Part shown: positions 37,911 to 47,962 of the stretch, in pieces
Position numbering within the stretch: the stretch's first letter is position 1
Layout: each line of letters begins with the position of its first letter
Assembly: GCA_016211945.1 (NCBI GenBank)
Contig: JACRHV010000004.1
Span: 66,649-130,648, forward strand
Source of the DNA: Minisyncoccota bacterium
Lineage (GTDB): Bacteria; Patescibacteriota; Microgenomatia; UBA1400; UBA12028
Direction of reading: 5' to 3'
DNA: 64,000 nucleotides
Notes under the pieces: generated by a model
Told to the model about the DNA's origin: nothing
The model's database searches: none
What the model saw: the letters and a program-made list of their open reading frames with translations, nothing else
Program-made: the position numbers and the translations under genes

Positions 37911-38354
37911 CTATTGTACTTGAACCTTTACGTTCGTCGTTCCATGATACGGACCTTGTTTTACCTCAATAACGCGCGCATCCTCGATGATCTCAATTCC
38001 ATGCGCCATACCAACCTGCAAGACGGTGTCACCCTCAAAAAGATCAACAGAATCAATCTTTTTTCCATCCAGAGTGTAGTACGTTATTCTTATCTTGCCT
38101 TTTACAATATACAGCACTTCTTGAATCGCAGTGATTGTCCTCGGATCGCCGGAATGAAGGTGTGGGAAAAGCACTACTCCTGCTTTTTTTTCATGGAATC
38201 CGAGCTGGAGCGGCTGCTCCTCGCTTCCAACAAACTCAACATTATCGACGGGGTGATCTTTTCGCACAATAACAGCGACAAGAGTCCCACCATATGTAAT
38301 AGAAAAACGTGTTTCTTGTAAAGACAGTGCGCTCATTATGCTTTCATAATCCAC
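37911..38354 (-). CDS. cupin-fold protein, WxcM/FdtA-like sugar-nucleotide 3,4-ketoisomerase or epimerase-like
   Basis: 147 aa. ...QLGFHEKKAGVVLFPHLHSGDPRTITAIQEVLYIVKGKIRI... fits a cupin beta-barrel with His residues. The start may be the internal Met at 38336. Confidence 0.45.
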   Translation of the reverse strand: MDYESIMSALSLQETRFSITYGGTLVAVIVRKDHPVDNVEFVGSEEQPLQLGFHEKKAGVVLFPHLHSGDPRTITAIQEVLYIVKGKIRITYYTLDGKKIDSVDLFEGDTVLQVGMAHGIEIIEDARVIEVKQGPYHGTTNVKVQVQ

Positions 38355-39235
38355 TGAATAGTTTTGTGGAGTCCCTCTTCCAACTCAACCTGCGGTTCCC
38401 AGCCCAACACTTTCTTTGCTTTTGACGCGTCTGCGAAAAGTTCACTCGGATCACCAGGTCGTGCATCAAAATGCGTAACTTTTGCAGGTTTTCCAATGAG
38501 TTTTTCAAGTATTTGAATAATTTCGAGTACCGATGTTGCATTCTTTCCAGATAAATTCATGTAGTGATATCCTTGGGGAAGAGAAAGGGCGAGAAGATGG
38601 GCACGAACGACATCTTCAACGTACACATAATCCCTTTTATTGCTCCCATCGCCCCATACCGTTACCTCGTCACTGTGCATAATTTGACGCGCGAAACGTG
38701 GAATTGCATGTGTTTCAGGCTCGTGATCTTCCTCCGGTCCATACAAATTAAAATACCGCAACGCAACTCCTGTAAATCCAAATGCGTATGCGTACGAAGA
38801 GACAAGTCCTTCCATTGCAAGTTTTGTCATGCCATACGGATTAATTGGCAATGTTCGATCATTTTCTTGAATGGGAGTACGAAGCGGTTCGCCATAGATA
38901 GCAGCACTACTTGAAAATAAGAACTTCTTTACCTCATGTTTTCGCATCGATTCCAGTACAACAAGGGTTCCGAGTATATTATTTTCCGTGTACTTTCTTG
39001 GCTGCTCCACAGACTCTCCAGCTTCTATGTAGCTCGCAAGGTGAAATACTGCATCATGTCCAGGCATGGTCTGATCCACAAGCATCTCGTCCATAACATC
39101 ACCCACAACCGTCTGAACTCCTTGCAATGTACAAGGTTTTTTGTCGATGTTTGTGACGATATGTCTTGCTGCCACTAATGCCCTGCAAAGATGCTTCCCA
39201 AGAAACCCAGAGCCACCGGTAACAAGAATCTTCAT
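38336..39235 (-). CDS. NAD-dependent nucleotide-sugar epimerase/dehydratase (GalE/WcaG-like SDR)
   Basis: MKILVTGGSGFLGKHLCRAL...FHLAS...YGMTKLAMEG...RYFNLYGP. Confidence 0.8.
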   Translation of the reverse strand: MKILVTGGSGFLGKHLCRALVAARHIVTNIDKKPCTLQGVQTVVGDVMDEMLVDQTMPGHDAVFHLASYIEAGESVEQPRKYTENNILGTLVVLESMRKHEVKKFLFSSSAAIYGEPLRTPIQENDRTLPINPYGMTKLAMEGLVSSYAYAFGFTGVALRYFNLYGPEEDHEPETHAIPRFARQIMHSDEVTVWGDGSNKRDYVYVEDVVRAHLLALSLPQGYHYMNLSGKNATSVLEIIQILEKLIGKPAKVTHFDARPGDPSELFADASKAKKVLGWEPQVELEEGLHKTIQWIMKA

Positions 39236-39278
39236 ATACCGCGTAGTATATCTGTTTCACCATTGAAAAAGAAGAGAT

Positions 39279-40481
39279 CTATGCAACCCAAAGACCTTGG
39301 ACAAAGAGCATTGTATTGATGATGAGGAATATGAGTTGGACGACACACAAGAAATAAAAAAATCTTCTATTGTTGTGATACATACGTTCCATGAGAAAAA
39401 ATAGGGGAAAGATAATCATGATATACCGAGGCATACTTTGGAGTGTCCCCGTAAGCGTGGGGAGAATATATGCACCCCAAGAATAGATGAGGTAGGAGAG
39501 ACGAACCATACCTTTTTTGACCGTTGCGATTGCTAACACAATCCCAACACTACTGGTAAAAACCAGTTCTTGAAGATAGGCATAGTACGACCAAGACCAA
39601 ATCGGCCATCCATTCTCTCCAAGGATAAAAAAGGACAAAAAGATTCGCATATACCTATAAAGCACTTGTAGCAACGGCACAAAAGACTCCTGCCGACCGC
39701 CACCAAACTCTGCCTGTACATGCAAGAAGTATAGTGGATCATGAAACTTCCACGCCAAAAATGCCATGTAGAGGAAAAGCCCGCCTAATCCAATGCACAC
39801 GACACCAATAAGACGAAAGAACCTTGATGTGTGTGTTTTCTTTGTAGATCGAAACTCTTGATACATCTCAACCAAGAGTGCAAGTACGAGGAAAACTCCT
39901 GTAATTCGTGTTGCTGTCGCAAAAAAAGAGCACAAGATTGCGACATCCCATCGGCGCAAACGGATAGCGTAGAACGAAGAAAATACCAAAAAAAGAAACA
40001 ATGATTCTGTGTACATTGCCCCGAAGAAAAAGGATGTTGGAAAGATCAGTAGTGAAAGGCAGAGTGCAAAAAAAGAAGACTTCTTGCGTTCAGTCCCTAA
40101 CAACTTTCCGGCAAAAACAAGCATGAGATATGTAAAAATATGCGAGACCAAAAGACCGGAATACACAACATTATGAAAAAGATTAAACAATTGCGTCATT
40201 GCCGGGTACAAAGGAAAAAAAGCCTGAATAAGTCCAGTACCAATATATCCTTTCGTCGCGATCGTGATGTAATGTACGCCATCAAATCCTGCCCATCGTA
40301 CGAGCCACCACGGACCCCTGTTCGCCAACATTGATTCGTAATAGGGGTAACTTGGGGAAAAAGGAATAAGTTTGTCCGCGAACAATGTAGACACAACAAG
40401 AAGCACTCTCCACACGATCAACATGAGTGCCGCGGTGAACCAAATGTTTGATATCACTTTCTTAACGAAGAATTTGTTCAT
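39279..40481 (-). CDS. polytopic membrane mannosyltransferase-like GT-C protein (PIG-V/DUF2029-like)
   Basis: 400 aa with about 10 helices. Motif WAGFDGVHYITIATKGY resembles the conserved W-D-x-x-H-Y...IA..GY loop of PIG-V/GT-C mannosyltransferases. Confidence 0.5.
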   Translation of the reverse strand: MNKFFVKKVISNIWFTAALMLIVWRVLLVVSTLFADKLIPFSPSYPYYESMLANRGPWWLVRWAGFDGVHYITIATKGYIGTGLIQAFFPLYPAMTQLFNLFHNVVYSGLLVSHIFTYLMLVFAGKLLGTERKKSSFFALCLSLLIFPTSFFFGAMYTESLFLFLVFSSFYAIRLRRWDVAILCSFFATATRITGVFLVLALLVEMYQEFRSTKKTHTSRFFRLIGVVCIGLGGLFLYMAFLAWKFHDPLYFLHVQAEFGGGRQESFVPLLQVLYRYMRIFLSFFILGENGWPIWSWSYYAYLQELVFTSSVGIVLAIATVKKGMVRLSYLIYSWGAYILPTLTGTLQSMPRYIMIIFPLFFLMERMYHNNRRFFYFLCVVQLIFLIINTMLFVQGLWVA

Positions 40482-42081
40482 ACCGTTTCCATTGTACTGC
40501 GATAAAACCTACGAGAATAAAGGCGAAAAGCGTGATGCTGTTTCCAACAATACGCGCTGGTGTGTATTGTGTAAATCGCGTGGAAATATTGTGTGTACCA
40601 GCAGAAACATAAAATGACAGTAATCCCTCGGTGTCTTTGTACGTGTATGGAACTTTCTTCCCGTCAACCCTCGTTTCCCAACCTGCAAAATATGCCGTTG
40701 GTTCTGTAATGCGTTGATCTCTGTCAAGTTTTACGGTATAGACATGCTCTGATCCATTCCACATTTTTCTCTCAAGGATCTCGCCTTGCTGTATATGCGG
40801 TTGCTGATCGCTCAACATTCCCGATTGATACGTTAATGTTCTTGGACGATTTTCGTCTACAGTTGTTGATGTTTCCGCGAATGTTTTGTAGTACAGATCG
40901 TCGTGATGAATATACGAATCAATTTTTCTTTGAGATACTCGAATAAGTGAGAAAAGAAGACAAAGAAGAAGCAATGTTCGAGATATTTTTCCCACGTGTG
41001 CATATGTGTACGCGACAAGCATTGACGACACTATTGTCAATGGCCCCAGTAATCTCCATGGAAACTGGATGTACTGCATAAATGGAATAGCGGACCAGAG
41101 TGGCATACTTATGGGCAACATGAATAAAAGAAGGAACACCGTTCCAACAATTAATGCAATATATTCTTTTTTTCTTTTTGCATAGATGCAATACCAAATG
41201 GAAAGTACAAGCGAACAAAAAGATATTATTCCTAACGAAAAAGATAGGGTATCTACCGGTCCCGGAAAGGAGAATCCCCATTGCCACGGGGAGGAAAGAA
41301 CTTGGCTAAAAGTGGGAGCATGTTCTGCGTATGCTCGAGAAAGGTTGACCTGATCTAAGGTAACGAGTGATTTTTCAACTAGTGCTGGAATCCAAAAAAA
41401 TGAAGAGGCCGCCAATCCAGCCAAAATAGGAAAATAAAGGCCGTATTTCTTTGTGTGCAATACGTGTGAATATATGGAAATAAGAACACACGGAATGATG
41501 AGCATTGCAATGATGTTGTGGGCAAGTGCGAGAAACAACACTCCGAAAAAAAGAACGAAAAACATTCCTTTTGACTGTCTTTTCTTCCATTTGTGCATCG
41601 CATAGAAAATCCATGGCACTATAGCATACGCAAGTACTTCACCTACTGCCCCGCGAACATACAGGTTTGTAAAGACAAAAGGGGCAAGAAGATAACTTGC
41701 AACGCCAACGCCAGCTGAGATTGATGACACATGGTGCCTGAACCAAACATAGAGACCAATGACAGAGCTCACTATGGCAGTACTGAGTAAAATCTTCATC
41801 GTCCACTCAACTGAAAGTCCTATCGCCAAGAATGGCAGTGCGAGAATATTTGCCAAAGGATAATTATAGTTAAACACAGGATAACCGTATCCTGCCCAAA
41901 AGGTTGGAGCCCACCGTGGCGGAAACTGACCTTGTTTTACAGCCACAGCGTAGTTTGCGATACGCGCAAGATGGTTCACCCCATCATGTGTTTCCGGAAA
42001 ACCCGCGTTAAAGAGAAGTGGACGAAGCAATATAATCAAGAGAGATACTCCACCAAAAACCAGTACCATACGGCGCATCAT
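40462..42081 (-). CDS. polytopic membrane protein, putative GT-C-like glycosyltransferase
   Basis: About 540 aa with many helices. Early loop FPETHDGVNHLARIANYAVAV (D-G-x-x-H motif). Start placed at MMRRMVLVFGG, abutting the stop of the upstream GT4. Confidence 0.4.
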   Translation of the reverse strand: MMRRMVLVFGGVSLLIILLRPLLFNAGFPETHDGVNHLARIANYAVAVKQGQFPPRWAPTFWAGYGYPVFNYNYPLANILALPFLAIGLSVEWTMKILLSTAIVSSVIGLYVWFRHHVSSISAGVGVASYLLAPFVFTNLYVRGAVGEVLAYAIVPWIFYAMHKWKKRQSKGMFFVLFFGVLFLALAHNIIAMLIIPCVLISIYSHVLHTKKYGLYFPILAGLAASSFFWIPALVEKSLVTLDQVNLSRAYAEHAPTFSQVLSSPWQWGFSFPGPVDTLSFSLGIISFCSLVLSIWYCIYAKRKKEYIALIVGTVFLLLFMLPISMPLWSAIPFMQYIQFPWRLLGPLTIVSSMLVAYTYAHVGKISRTLLLLCLLFSLIRVSQRKIDSYIHHDDLYYKTFAETSTTVDENRPRTLTYQSGMLSDQQPHIQQGEILERKMWNGSEHVYTVKLDRDQRITEPTAYFAGWETRVDGKKVPYTYKDTEGLLSFYVSAGTHNISTRFTQYTPARIVGNSITLFAFILVGFIAVQWKRYEQILR

Positions 42082-43133
42082 CTCTCCACCACTTTCTCGT
42101 ATATTTTCGCTGTCTTTTCTGCTGTTTTTTCCCACCGGAAATGGTCAGCGTGTTTTTCCAACACTTTTCTGCCTATCATCGACTGTTTTCTTGATAACAC
42201 GTTTATCATTGCTCTCGCCATATCTTCACTGTCGTAGGGATTGCAATACTCCACAATAGTGCCTCCTATTTCCGGCAACGAAGAGGTGTTTGATGAAACA
42301 ACAGGGACCCCACATTGCAACGCGTCCAGAACCGAGAGGCCGAAGCCTTCATATAATGAAGGCTGTATGTACAGCGATGCCTGTGTGAAAATTGCCGCGA
42401 GGTCAGCTATAGGATCTTTTGGTACTTCTGTTAACAGGAGTACGCGCGAATCAACCTTGTTTTTCTGTATTGCTTCTTGGAGCGCAGCGCCTTCTGGAAT
42501 ATCAATGTTTTTTAGCGATCGACCCACCATCACAAGCGAATATTCATCCGGTAATTTTGAAAACGCTTCGATACATCGTGGGAGGTTTTTGTTGTAGTTG
42601 ATATCTCCAACATAGAGCACATACTTTTGCGGAAGTTTGTATTGAAGTGCAACTCGACGTACAACCTCCGAAGCTTGTCTTCTCATCCCTGGGTTACCAG
42701 CAAGGTACACAACATGAATTTTCTCTTTGGGCATCCCCAAGTACTTCATGATATCTTTCTTTGAACATTCGGAGTCTGTGATGATTGCTGATACTGTACG
42801 CAAACTCATAAGTTGAAGAAAAAATCGAATCATTCCTTTCACTCCAGGTTTATATCTCTGTGGGAAAATCAAAGGGATGACATCATGAATTGTCACAACA
42901 GTTTTCGCTTCTTTATGTAGGGGGAGTGTGTGAAAAAAAAGATCAAAATAAGGGTAGTGAACAACATCTATCTTGTGTTTCCTCCCACCCGCATACAGAT
43001 GGACCTGCATGCCAGATATTTTCTTGAGATGTTGAACGAGAAAATCTGTGTAAATCCCAACCCCGCGAAAGGCGTTAGCTTTGTGGAGATGTGAGATATC
43101 AATGCGTATATTCACAAGCCTATTGTAACGCAA
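42078..43133 (-). CDS. family 4 glycosyltransferase
   Basis: IQPSLYEGFGLSVLDALQCGVPVVSSNTSSLPEIGGTIVEYCNP. Confidence 0.8.
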   Translation of the reverse strand: MRYNRLVNIRIDISHLHKANAFRGVGIYTDFLVQHLKKISGMQVHLYAGGRKHKIDVVHYPYFDLFFHTLPLHKEAKTVVTIHDVIPLIFPQRYKPGVKGMIRFFLQLMSLRTVSAIITDSECSKKDIMKYLGMPKEKIHVVYLAGNPGMRRQASEVVRRVALQYKLPQKYVLYVGDINYNKNLPRCIEAFSKLPDEYSLVMVGRSLKNIDIPEGAALQEAIQKNKVDSRVLLLTEVPKDPIADLAAIFTQASLYIQPSLYEGFGLSVLDALQCGVPVVSSNTSSLPEIGGTIVEYCNPYDSEDMARAMINVLSRKQSMIGRKVLEKHADHFRWEKTAEKTAKIYEKVVER

Positions 43134-43824
43134 ACTTGATAATCAAGAGAAGATGGCGAAATCCATCACGAAATGTGTTGAGCTTCGAGTAAGACTTGTT
43201 GTGTCGTTGACCGTACGAGATCGGAACCTCGGTCATCTTCAATTTTTCTTGACTTGCGCGCATAAGCATCTCGGATGCAAACTCCATACCATAAGACTTG
43301 AGCTGGAGTTTTTCATACGCTGTTCTGCTCAACAACCGCATTCCACAATGTCCATCCCAAATATGCGTCCAAAAAAAGAGATTGAGAATGAGTGTGAGGA
43401 CAGGAACTCCGATATATCGATGAATGAAGGGCATTGCCAATGGATCAATATTTCCTTTTAATCTATTTCCACTTACTAAGTCATATCCTTCAATGAATTT
43501 TGCATAGAGGAGTGGAATCTCGCGAAAATCATAGGTATCATCGGAATCTCCCATCACGAGAATATCTCCCTTTGCTTTCTCAAAACCCTTCATAAGAGCA
43601 GCTCCATAACCGCGCTGTTTTACCTCGACGATACGTGCTCCCGCTTTCTTTGCTATCTCGACCGAATGATCGCGCGAACCATTATCAGCAATCACAACTT
43701 CACCGGAAAGGCCCGTTTTCTTTATACCTTCAAATGCTTTCTGTATGGAAGCTTGAAGCGTTTCCTCTTCATTAAGACATGGAAGAACGACCGAGATACT
43801 ATGCGCTTTGGTATTTCTTTGCAT
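43120..43824 (-). CDS. polyprenol-phosphate glycosyltransferase, GT2 (DPM1/ArnC-like)
   Basis: ISVVLPCLNEEETLQASIQKAF...VVIADNGSRDHSVEIA...GYGAALMKGF...LVMGDSDDTYD. Start chosen at MQRNTKAHS; the ORF-track start at 43893 is probably an extension. Confidence 0.65.
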   Translation of the reverse strand: MQRNTKAHSISVVLPCLNEEETLQASIQKAFEGIKKTGLSGEVVIADNGSRDHSVEIAKKAGARIVEVKQRGYGAALMKGFEKAKGDILVMGDSDDTYDFREIPLLYAKFIEGYDLVSGNRLKGNIDPLAMPFIHRYIGVPVLTLILNLFFWTHIWDGHCGMRLLSRTAYEKLQLKSYGMEFASEMLMRASQEKLKMTEVPISYGQRHNKSYSKLNTFRDGFRHLLLIIKFALQ

Positions 43825-45097
43825 GCAGATATGATGACATGATGAGAACGGTTGGTGCAAGATGCAAAGTAAGACGTGAAACGGCCGCCGCAATAAAACT
43901 CGCTTGCTCTTCTGGTGCGACGGTAAATATGATCATGTACATCACTAACTGCATCGCGAGACCTGCATAAATAATGTGGAGTGATTTTTCTGCACATATC
44001 TCTCTGAAACGTGTAAGTGATAGTGTAATGAAGAAGAAAAATAGGAGATTCCATTTCTGGAGATTGCGAAACTCCTCTCGAAACGCGTGAATGCTGTACA
44101 CCGCATACTCAACCCACGGTCTTGCGTATAGCTCTCCAAATTTAAAATATTGACTCGAATCAACGTGAATTGCCTGTATAAAAAACCTCCAAGGTAGGAG
44201 AAGAAATGTGCCAACCATTGTCATCCACAATCGTAAATGTGGATAGTAGATGAACAAAATAAATGATGTAACACCGGCAAACACCAATCCTTCACTTTTC
44301 ACCCAAGGTAGAGAAAACCATAAAATCTGAGCAAGTAATGGTCGTTTGTATAGCAAAGCAACTGCTCCCGCACACATATACGTACCAACAAGAATGTCTG
44401 CTGTTCCCACATATTCACCACCAACATGTTCTCGAAAAATAAAGAGTGAAATAAAAAGTACAATCCAAAAAATAGCCCTCCATCCTCCTATCTTTGTGTA
44501 TAGCCAACTCCCCATAGACCAAAGCAATGCGATGGTGAACCCAAACAACGCTCCCTTTGCAGCAACCTCATTTGGTGCTTGGGTTAATAGAAATGCATTC
44601 GCGCCTGTAAGTGGAAGGAGTAACGGGTATTCAGGATGATTAAATGGAACAAGCGCCTCCGCGCGCACAATATTTTCCGACCATAATGCCGACATCTTGG
44701 GAACCCAAAATGCAATTGAGTCCCATGTATACATCACGCGGGAAACTGAACGTGTAAAGAAGAATAATGAAAACACGATGATGATGCTCCAAAAGAAAAG
44801 ATGTTTAGCATTCCAATCAATGTTTGGCCTACGCCACCAGCATTTTCTGCTTAAATAAAGTCCAAGTACACCGAGCATAAAAAAGAAAGAGAAGGATAGT
44901 GAAAGTGAAACGCCAATTTGTGAAAAAAGAAACTGTCCAAAGGTTGTTCCCACCGCTCCCAAGAGAAACCAAAATGGGAAAGGATGAACCTCCTGGACCA
45001 TCTTTTTTTCAACTTTCTCGATAAAATATGCAATGAATGAACCAACTCCCAGATAGTTTATCCAGATGAGTAGGACTGGAATAAGGATTTCTCTCAT
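43799..45097 (-). CDS. polytopic membrane protein of unknown function (possibly a glycan polymerase or GT-C)
   Basis: 432 aa with 10 or more hydrophobic helices and no recognised motif. Confidence 0.4.
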   Translation of the reverse strand: MREILIPVLLIWINYLGVGSFIAYFIEKVEKKMVQEVHPFPFWFLLGAVGTTFGQFLFSQIGVSLSLSFSFFFMLGVLGLYLSRKCWWRRPNIDWNAKHLFFWSIIIVFSLFFFTRSVSRVMYTWDSIAFWVPKMSALWSENIVRAEALVPFNHPEYPLLLPLTGANAFLLTQAPNEVAAKGALFGFTIALLWSMGSWLYTKIGGWRAIFWIVLFISLFIFREHVGGEYVGTADILVGTYMCAGAVALLYKRPLLAQILWFSLPWVKSEGLVFAGVTSFILFIYYPHLRLWMTMVGTFLLLPWRFFIQAIHVDSSQYFKFGELYARPWVEYAVYSIHAFREEFRNLQKWNLLFFFFITLSLTRFREICAEKSLHIIYAGLAMQLVMYMIIFTVAPEEQASFIAAAVSRLTLHLAPTVLIMSSYLHAKKYQSA

Positions 45098-45600
45098 TTT
45101 CCCACCTCAGTCTGAATAAGATATTTATCACCACTTTGTCCAAGCACGCGAACCTGTTTTAAACTCGCGTAGGTAGACGTATTCACAACTGCGAGGGAAG
45201 GACTCTTTGGCAATGTTTCGCTTATGACTACAGAGGAAGGAAAGAGATACATCCGTGCATAGTGATACTCCCTAGCTGATACATTCAACAGATGCACAAC
45301 TTGTCCACGATGAACGAGCGGTCGAAACACCCGATAATAGGTGTTGTAATATGTGCCTGATTCATATGATATTTTTTGTTCAAATCGATCAAAAAGCGTT
45401 TTCTTTGTTTCCGCGTATAACTGCACCTCTGCTTGAAGATTGAATAGTGAAAGTATGACTGCGTAGAGTCCAAATGTTCCATAGAATATTCTTCTTATGA
45501 GATGAAATCTGTATTTTGTCATATATTCAAAAACCACAAAAACAAAAATTGAAACATAAAACCATCCAAGTAAAGGAAAAAGTGCGAGTAATTTATGCAT
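45094..45600 (-). CDS. membrane-anchored hypothetical protein
   Basis: 168 aa. Two N-terminal hydrophobic helices (LLALFPLLGWFYVSIFVFVVF, IFYGTFGLYAVILSLF) and a soluble C-terminal domain. ATGA-type overlaps on both sides. Confidence 0.35.
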   Translation of the reverse strand: MHKLLALFPLLGWFYVSIFVFVVFEYMTKYRFHLIRRIFYGTFGLYAVILSLFNLQAEVQLYAETKKTLFDRFEQKISYESGTYYNTYYRVFRPLVHRGQVVHLLNVSAREYHYARMYLFPSSVVISETLPKSPSLAVVNTSTYASLKQVRVLGQSGDKYLIQTEVGK

Positions 45601-46444
45601 GGATCATTTCCCAATATTTCATATATGCAAGCGGATAGTGTAATCCTGAAAAAAGGGCCCAGACGAACCCTGGAAAGCCATCCAATATCCCTTTATGTCG
45701 CAAGTATAGTTGTAGAAAAACCTGCACGGGTTTGATACACATGTAATAGATGGTCGCCCACAACGTGGTTTTGATGTCATTCTTCCTCATCTGTTCTGCT
45801 GTGAGTGAGGTGTATCGATTTGCGCGCATAAGATACCGAGAAAACGTGGGGTCTGCGTAATGGAGAAGATCTGCAGAAAGCCACGCAATCTTCCCATGTA
45901 CTTTCGGTTGTTCGTGAATATATTTACATGGCCAAGCTGTTGCATTTTTTTTTACGAAACGAATGACACCATCCGGGTATACACCTCCATGCCTCAACCA
46001 GCCTCCAAGAAAAAAATTTAATCGGGGAATAAAATATGCTGTTACCTCACCGGAATCACTTCCTATTTTTCCATCGCGTTCCTCGATACTGCGTTGATGC
46101 CGCTCAAAAAGGAGCTTCTTTTTATTACCGGTCATTTTAATAGACACGCCACGCATGACTTTTTTTATCTGATCTGCGAGTTCTTCACTCACTCTTTCAT
46201 CTGCGTCTAACTGCAAGATCCAGTCGCCTTTTGCCGCATCAAGCGCTTTTTGTTTGTTAATATGAAACATTGCAACTTTTTTTGCAGAGATAACTTTTGC
46301 TCCGTATAACCGCGCTATCTCGGCAGTTTTATCAGTACTTTCACCGTCGACCACGATAATCTCGTCCGCAATGTTTTTTACAGACTCCAAGCATTCGCCT
46401 AAATTTTTTTCTTCATTATAAACAGCCAGTGCGACTGAAAGCAT
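45593..46444 (-). CDS. family 2 glycosyltransferase (WaaE/KdtX-like subgroup)
   Basis: LSVALAVYNEEKNLGECLESVKNIADEIIVVDGESTDKT...LQLDADERVS...GILDGFPGFVWALFSGLHYPLAYMKYWE. Confidence 0.75.
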   Translation of the reverse strand: MLSVALAVYNEEKNLGECLESVKNIADEIIVVDGESTDKTAEIARLYGAKVISAKKVAMFHINKQKALDAAKGDWILQLDADERVSEELADQIKKVMRGVSIKMTGNKKKLLFERHQRSIEERDGKIGSDSGEVTAYFIPRLNFFLGGWLRHGGVYPDGVIRFVKKNATAWPCKYIHEQPKVHGKIAWLSADLLHYADPTFSRYLMRANRYTSLTAEQMRKNDIKTTLWATIYYMCIKPVQVFLQLYLRHKGILDGFPGFVWALFSGLHYPLAYMKYWEMIHA

Positions 46445-46462
46445 ACTTTATTGTACCGTATC

Positions 46463-47962
46463 TCACTCGCGTACATCCTCAAGTATTTTTACGGTATATT
46501 TTTCCTTATTCTGTGCATCAATTTGAGCTGAAAATCGAAAATGTCCGAAAGACTTTACTTGTGATAACCCAAGGTTGTCGAGAGGATAATATTGAACGGA
46601 CGATCTAAAAATATCAGGATTTACTGCCAAATAAAAAAGCGGGTAAATATACGCGTAGTGTGTATCCCCATATACTACAACGTTCATATCTTGTGATCTC
46701 TGTTTCTCTACTTCCAATAATGCACGTTGAGTTCCCACCCCCCACTCAATTTGGGGATGTGTAGAAAATTCACAAAGATACAGACGCATATACAACGACA
46801 CTTCAATAAGAAGTATGCATGTCATGAGAAAAGCAAAAGTCTTGTTGTATGTGATAAGCCATCTCATTCCAATTGCCGCAAATATGACAAACATATACAG
46901 AAAAAAGAGCATGCGTGTAGCTTGCGGTGCGTCGATTGTGATGGCAGAGGCTAGGGGACTGATGAGAAGAGATCCGTACAACAATACTCGCTGCTTGTGT
47001 TGCGGATAGATTTTCCATGCAAAAGTTATGCCTATCGCAAACAACAGCACCAAGCTCCAAGACATATGTCCCCAACCCGGTGGTTGATGCCAAGGATTAC
47101 TTCCACCACCTTTCACTAAAAATTGCGGATCATATGATGAAAAATAATTGCGTGTGAGTGTGGGGATAACAAAAAATAATGGATTTGATAACACCCTTTG
47201 TATTGAGTATGTTTCGGAATTTGCTCGAGCTTGTCTTGACTGTTCCATGAGCTGTTGATTAGAAAAGATCGTGATATTCCCTTTTCCTTTTGTCGCGGGA
47301 AAAACAAGTGCAAATACAAGAATACCAATACCAACAAAAAGTAAAGGTTGAAGATAGATGCGTTTTTGTGCAAAAAAGAGGAGACCTACAATTCCCGGAA
47401 GTAATACAAGTGGCGCATTGTACGTGAGTAATGAAAGCATCATTGCAACAGTTGAAAGTACAATACAAATTCCTCTCTTATCTCCCGCCAAAGTAAGTGA
47501 GAAAACAAAAAAGAACAACGCAAGATTAGCTTCAAAACCAACGTGACTGTAATGAATGGCCCAAGGTGTTAGTGAGATGAAAAAAGCAGTAAGAAGCCCA
47601 AAAACCTTATCTTTCGTGATCTGTAACACAAGAAAATAACTTATGAGGATGAGAAGAATGCCCGCGATCAAAGAGGGTACTCGAACAACCCATTGATTCA
47701 ACCCAAAGATTGAGACAAACGGGATGAGTGAGTAAATGTATCCCGCCAATTTATAGTCACCAAAGGATCGAAAAACGATCGGCCATGATACTCCCCACTC
47801 ATCCATACCCGTTTTTAGTAGTGAATATGCGTTGTATCCCAAAGCCGCTTCATCACGATTCAGAGAACTGGGAATCATTCCAAATCCTAGAAGACGCAGA
47901 AAAATACCAACAAAACATATGATGAGAAGAATCCATGTTGTGTATTTGTGTATATATTTCAT
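46463..47962 (-). CDS. PMT_2/ArnT-like GT-C membrane glycosyltransferase (tandem paralog 1 of 4)
   Basis: 499 aa. Loop-1 motif SSLNRDEAALGYNAYSLLKTGMDEWG...SFGDYKLAGYIY and a later NPWHQPPGWG. Confidence 0.7.
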   Translation of the reverse strand: MKYIHKYTTWILLIICFVGIFLRLLGFGMIPSSLNRDEAALGYNAYSLLKTGMDEWGVSWPIVFRSFGDYKLAGYIYSLIPFVSIFGLNQWVVRVPSLIAGILLILISYFLVLQITKDKVFGLLTAFFISLTPWAIHYSHVGFEANLALFFFVFSLTLAGDKRGICIVLSTVAMMLSLLTYNAPLVLLPGIVGLLFFAQKRIYLQPLLFVGIGILVFALVFPATKGKGNITIFSNQQLMEQSRQARANSETYSIQRVLSNPLFFVIPTLTRNYFSSYDPQFLVKGGGSNPWHQPPGWGHMSWSLVLLFAIGITFAWKIYPQHKQRVLLYGSLLISPLASAITIDAPQATRMLFFLYMFVIFAAIGMRWLITYNKTFAFLMTCILLIEVSLYMRLYLCEFSTHPQIEWGVGTQRALLEVEKQRSQDMNVVVYGDTHYAYIYPLFYLAVNPDIFRSSVQYYPLDNLGLSQVKSFGHFRFSAQIDAQNKEKYTVKILEDVRE

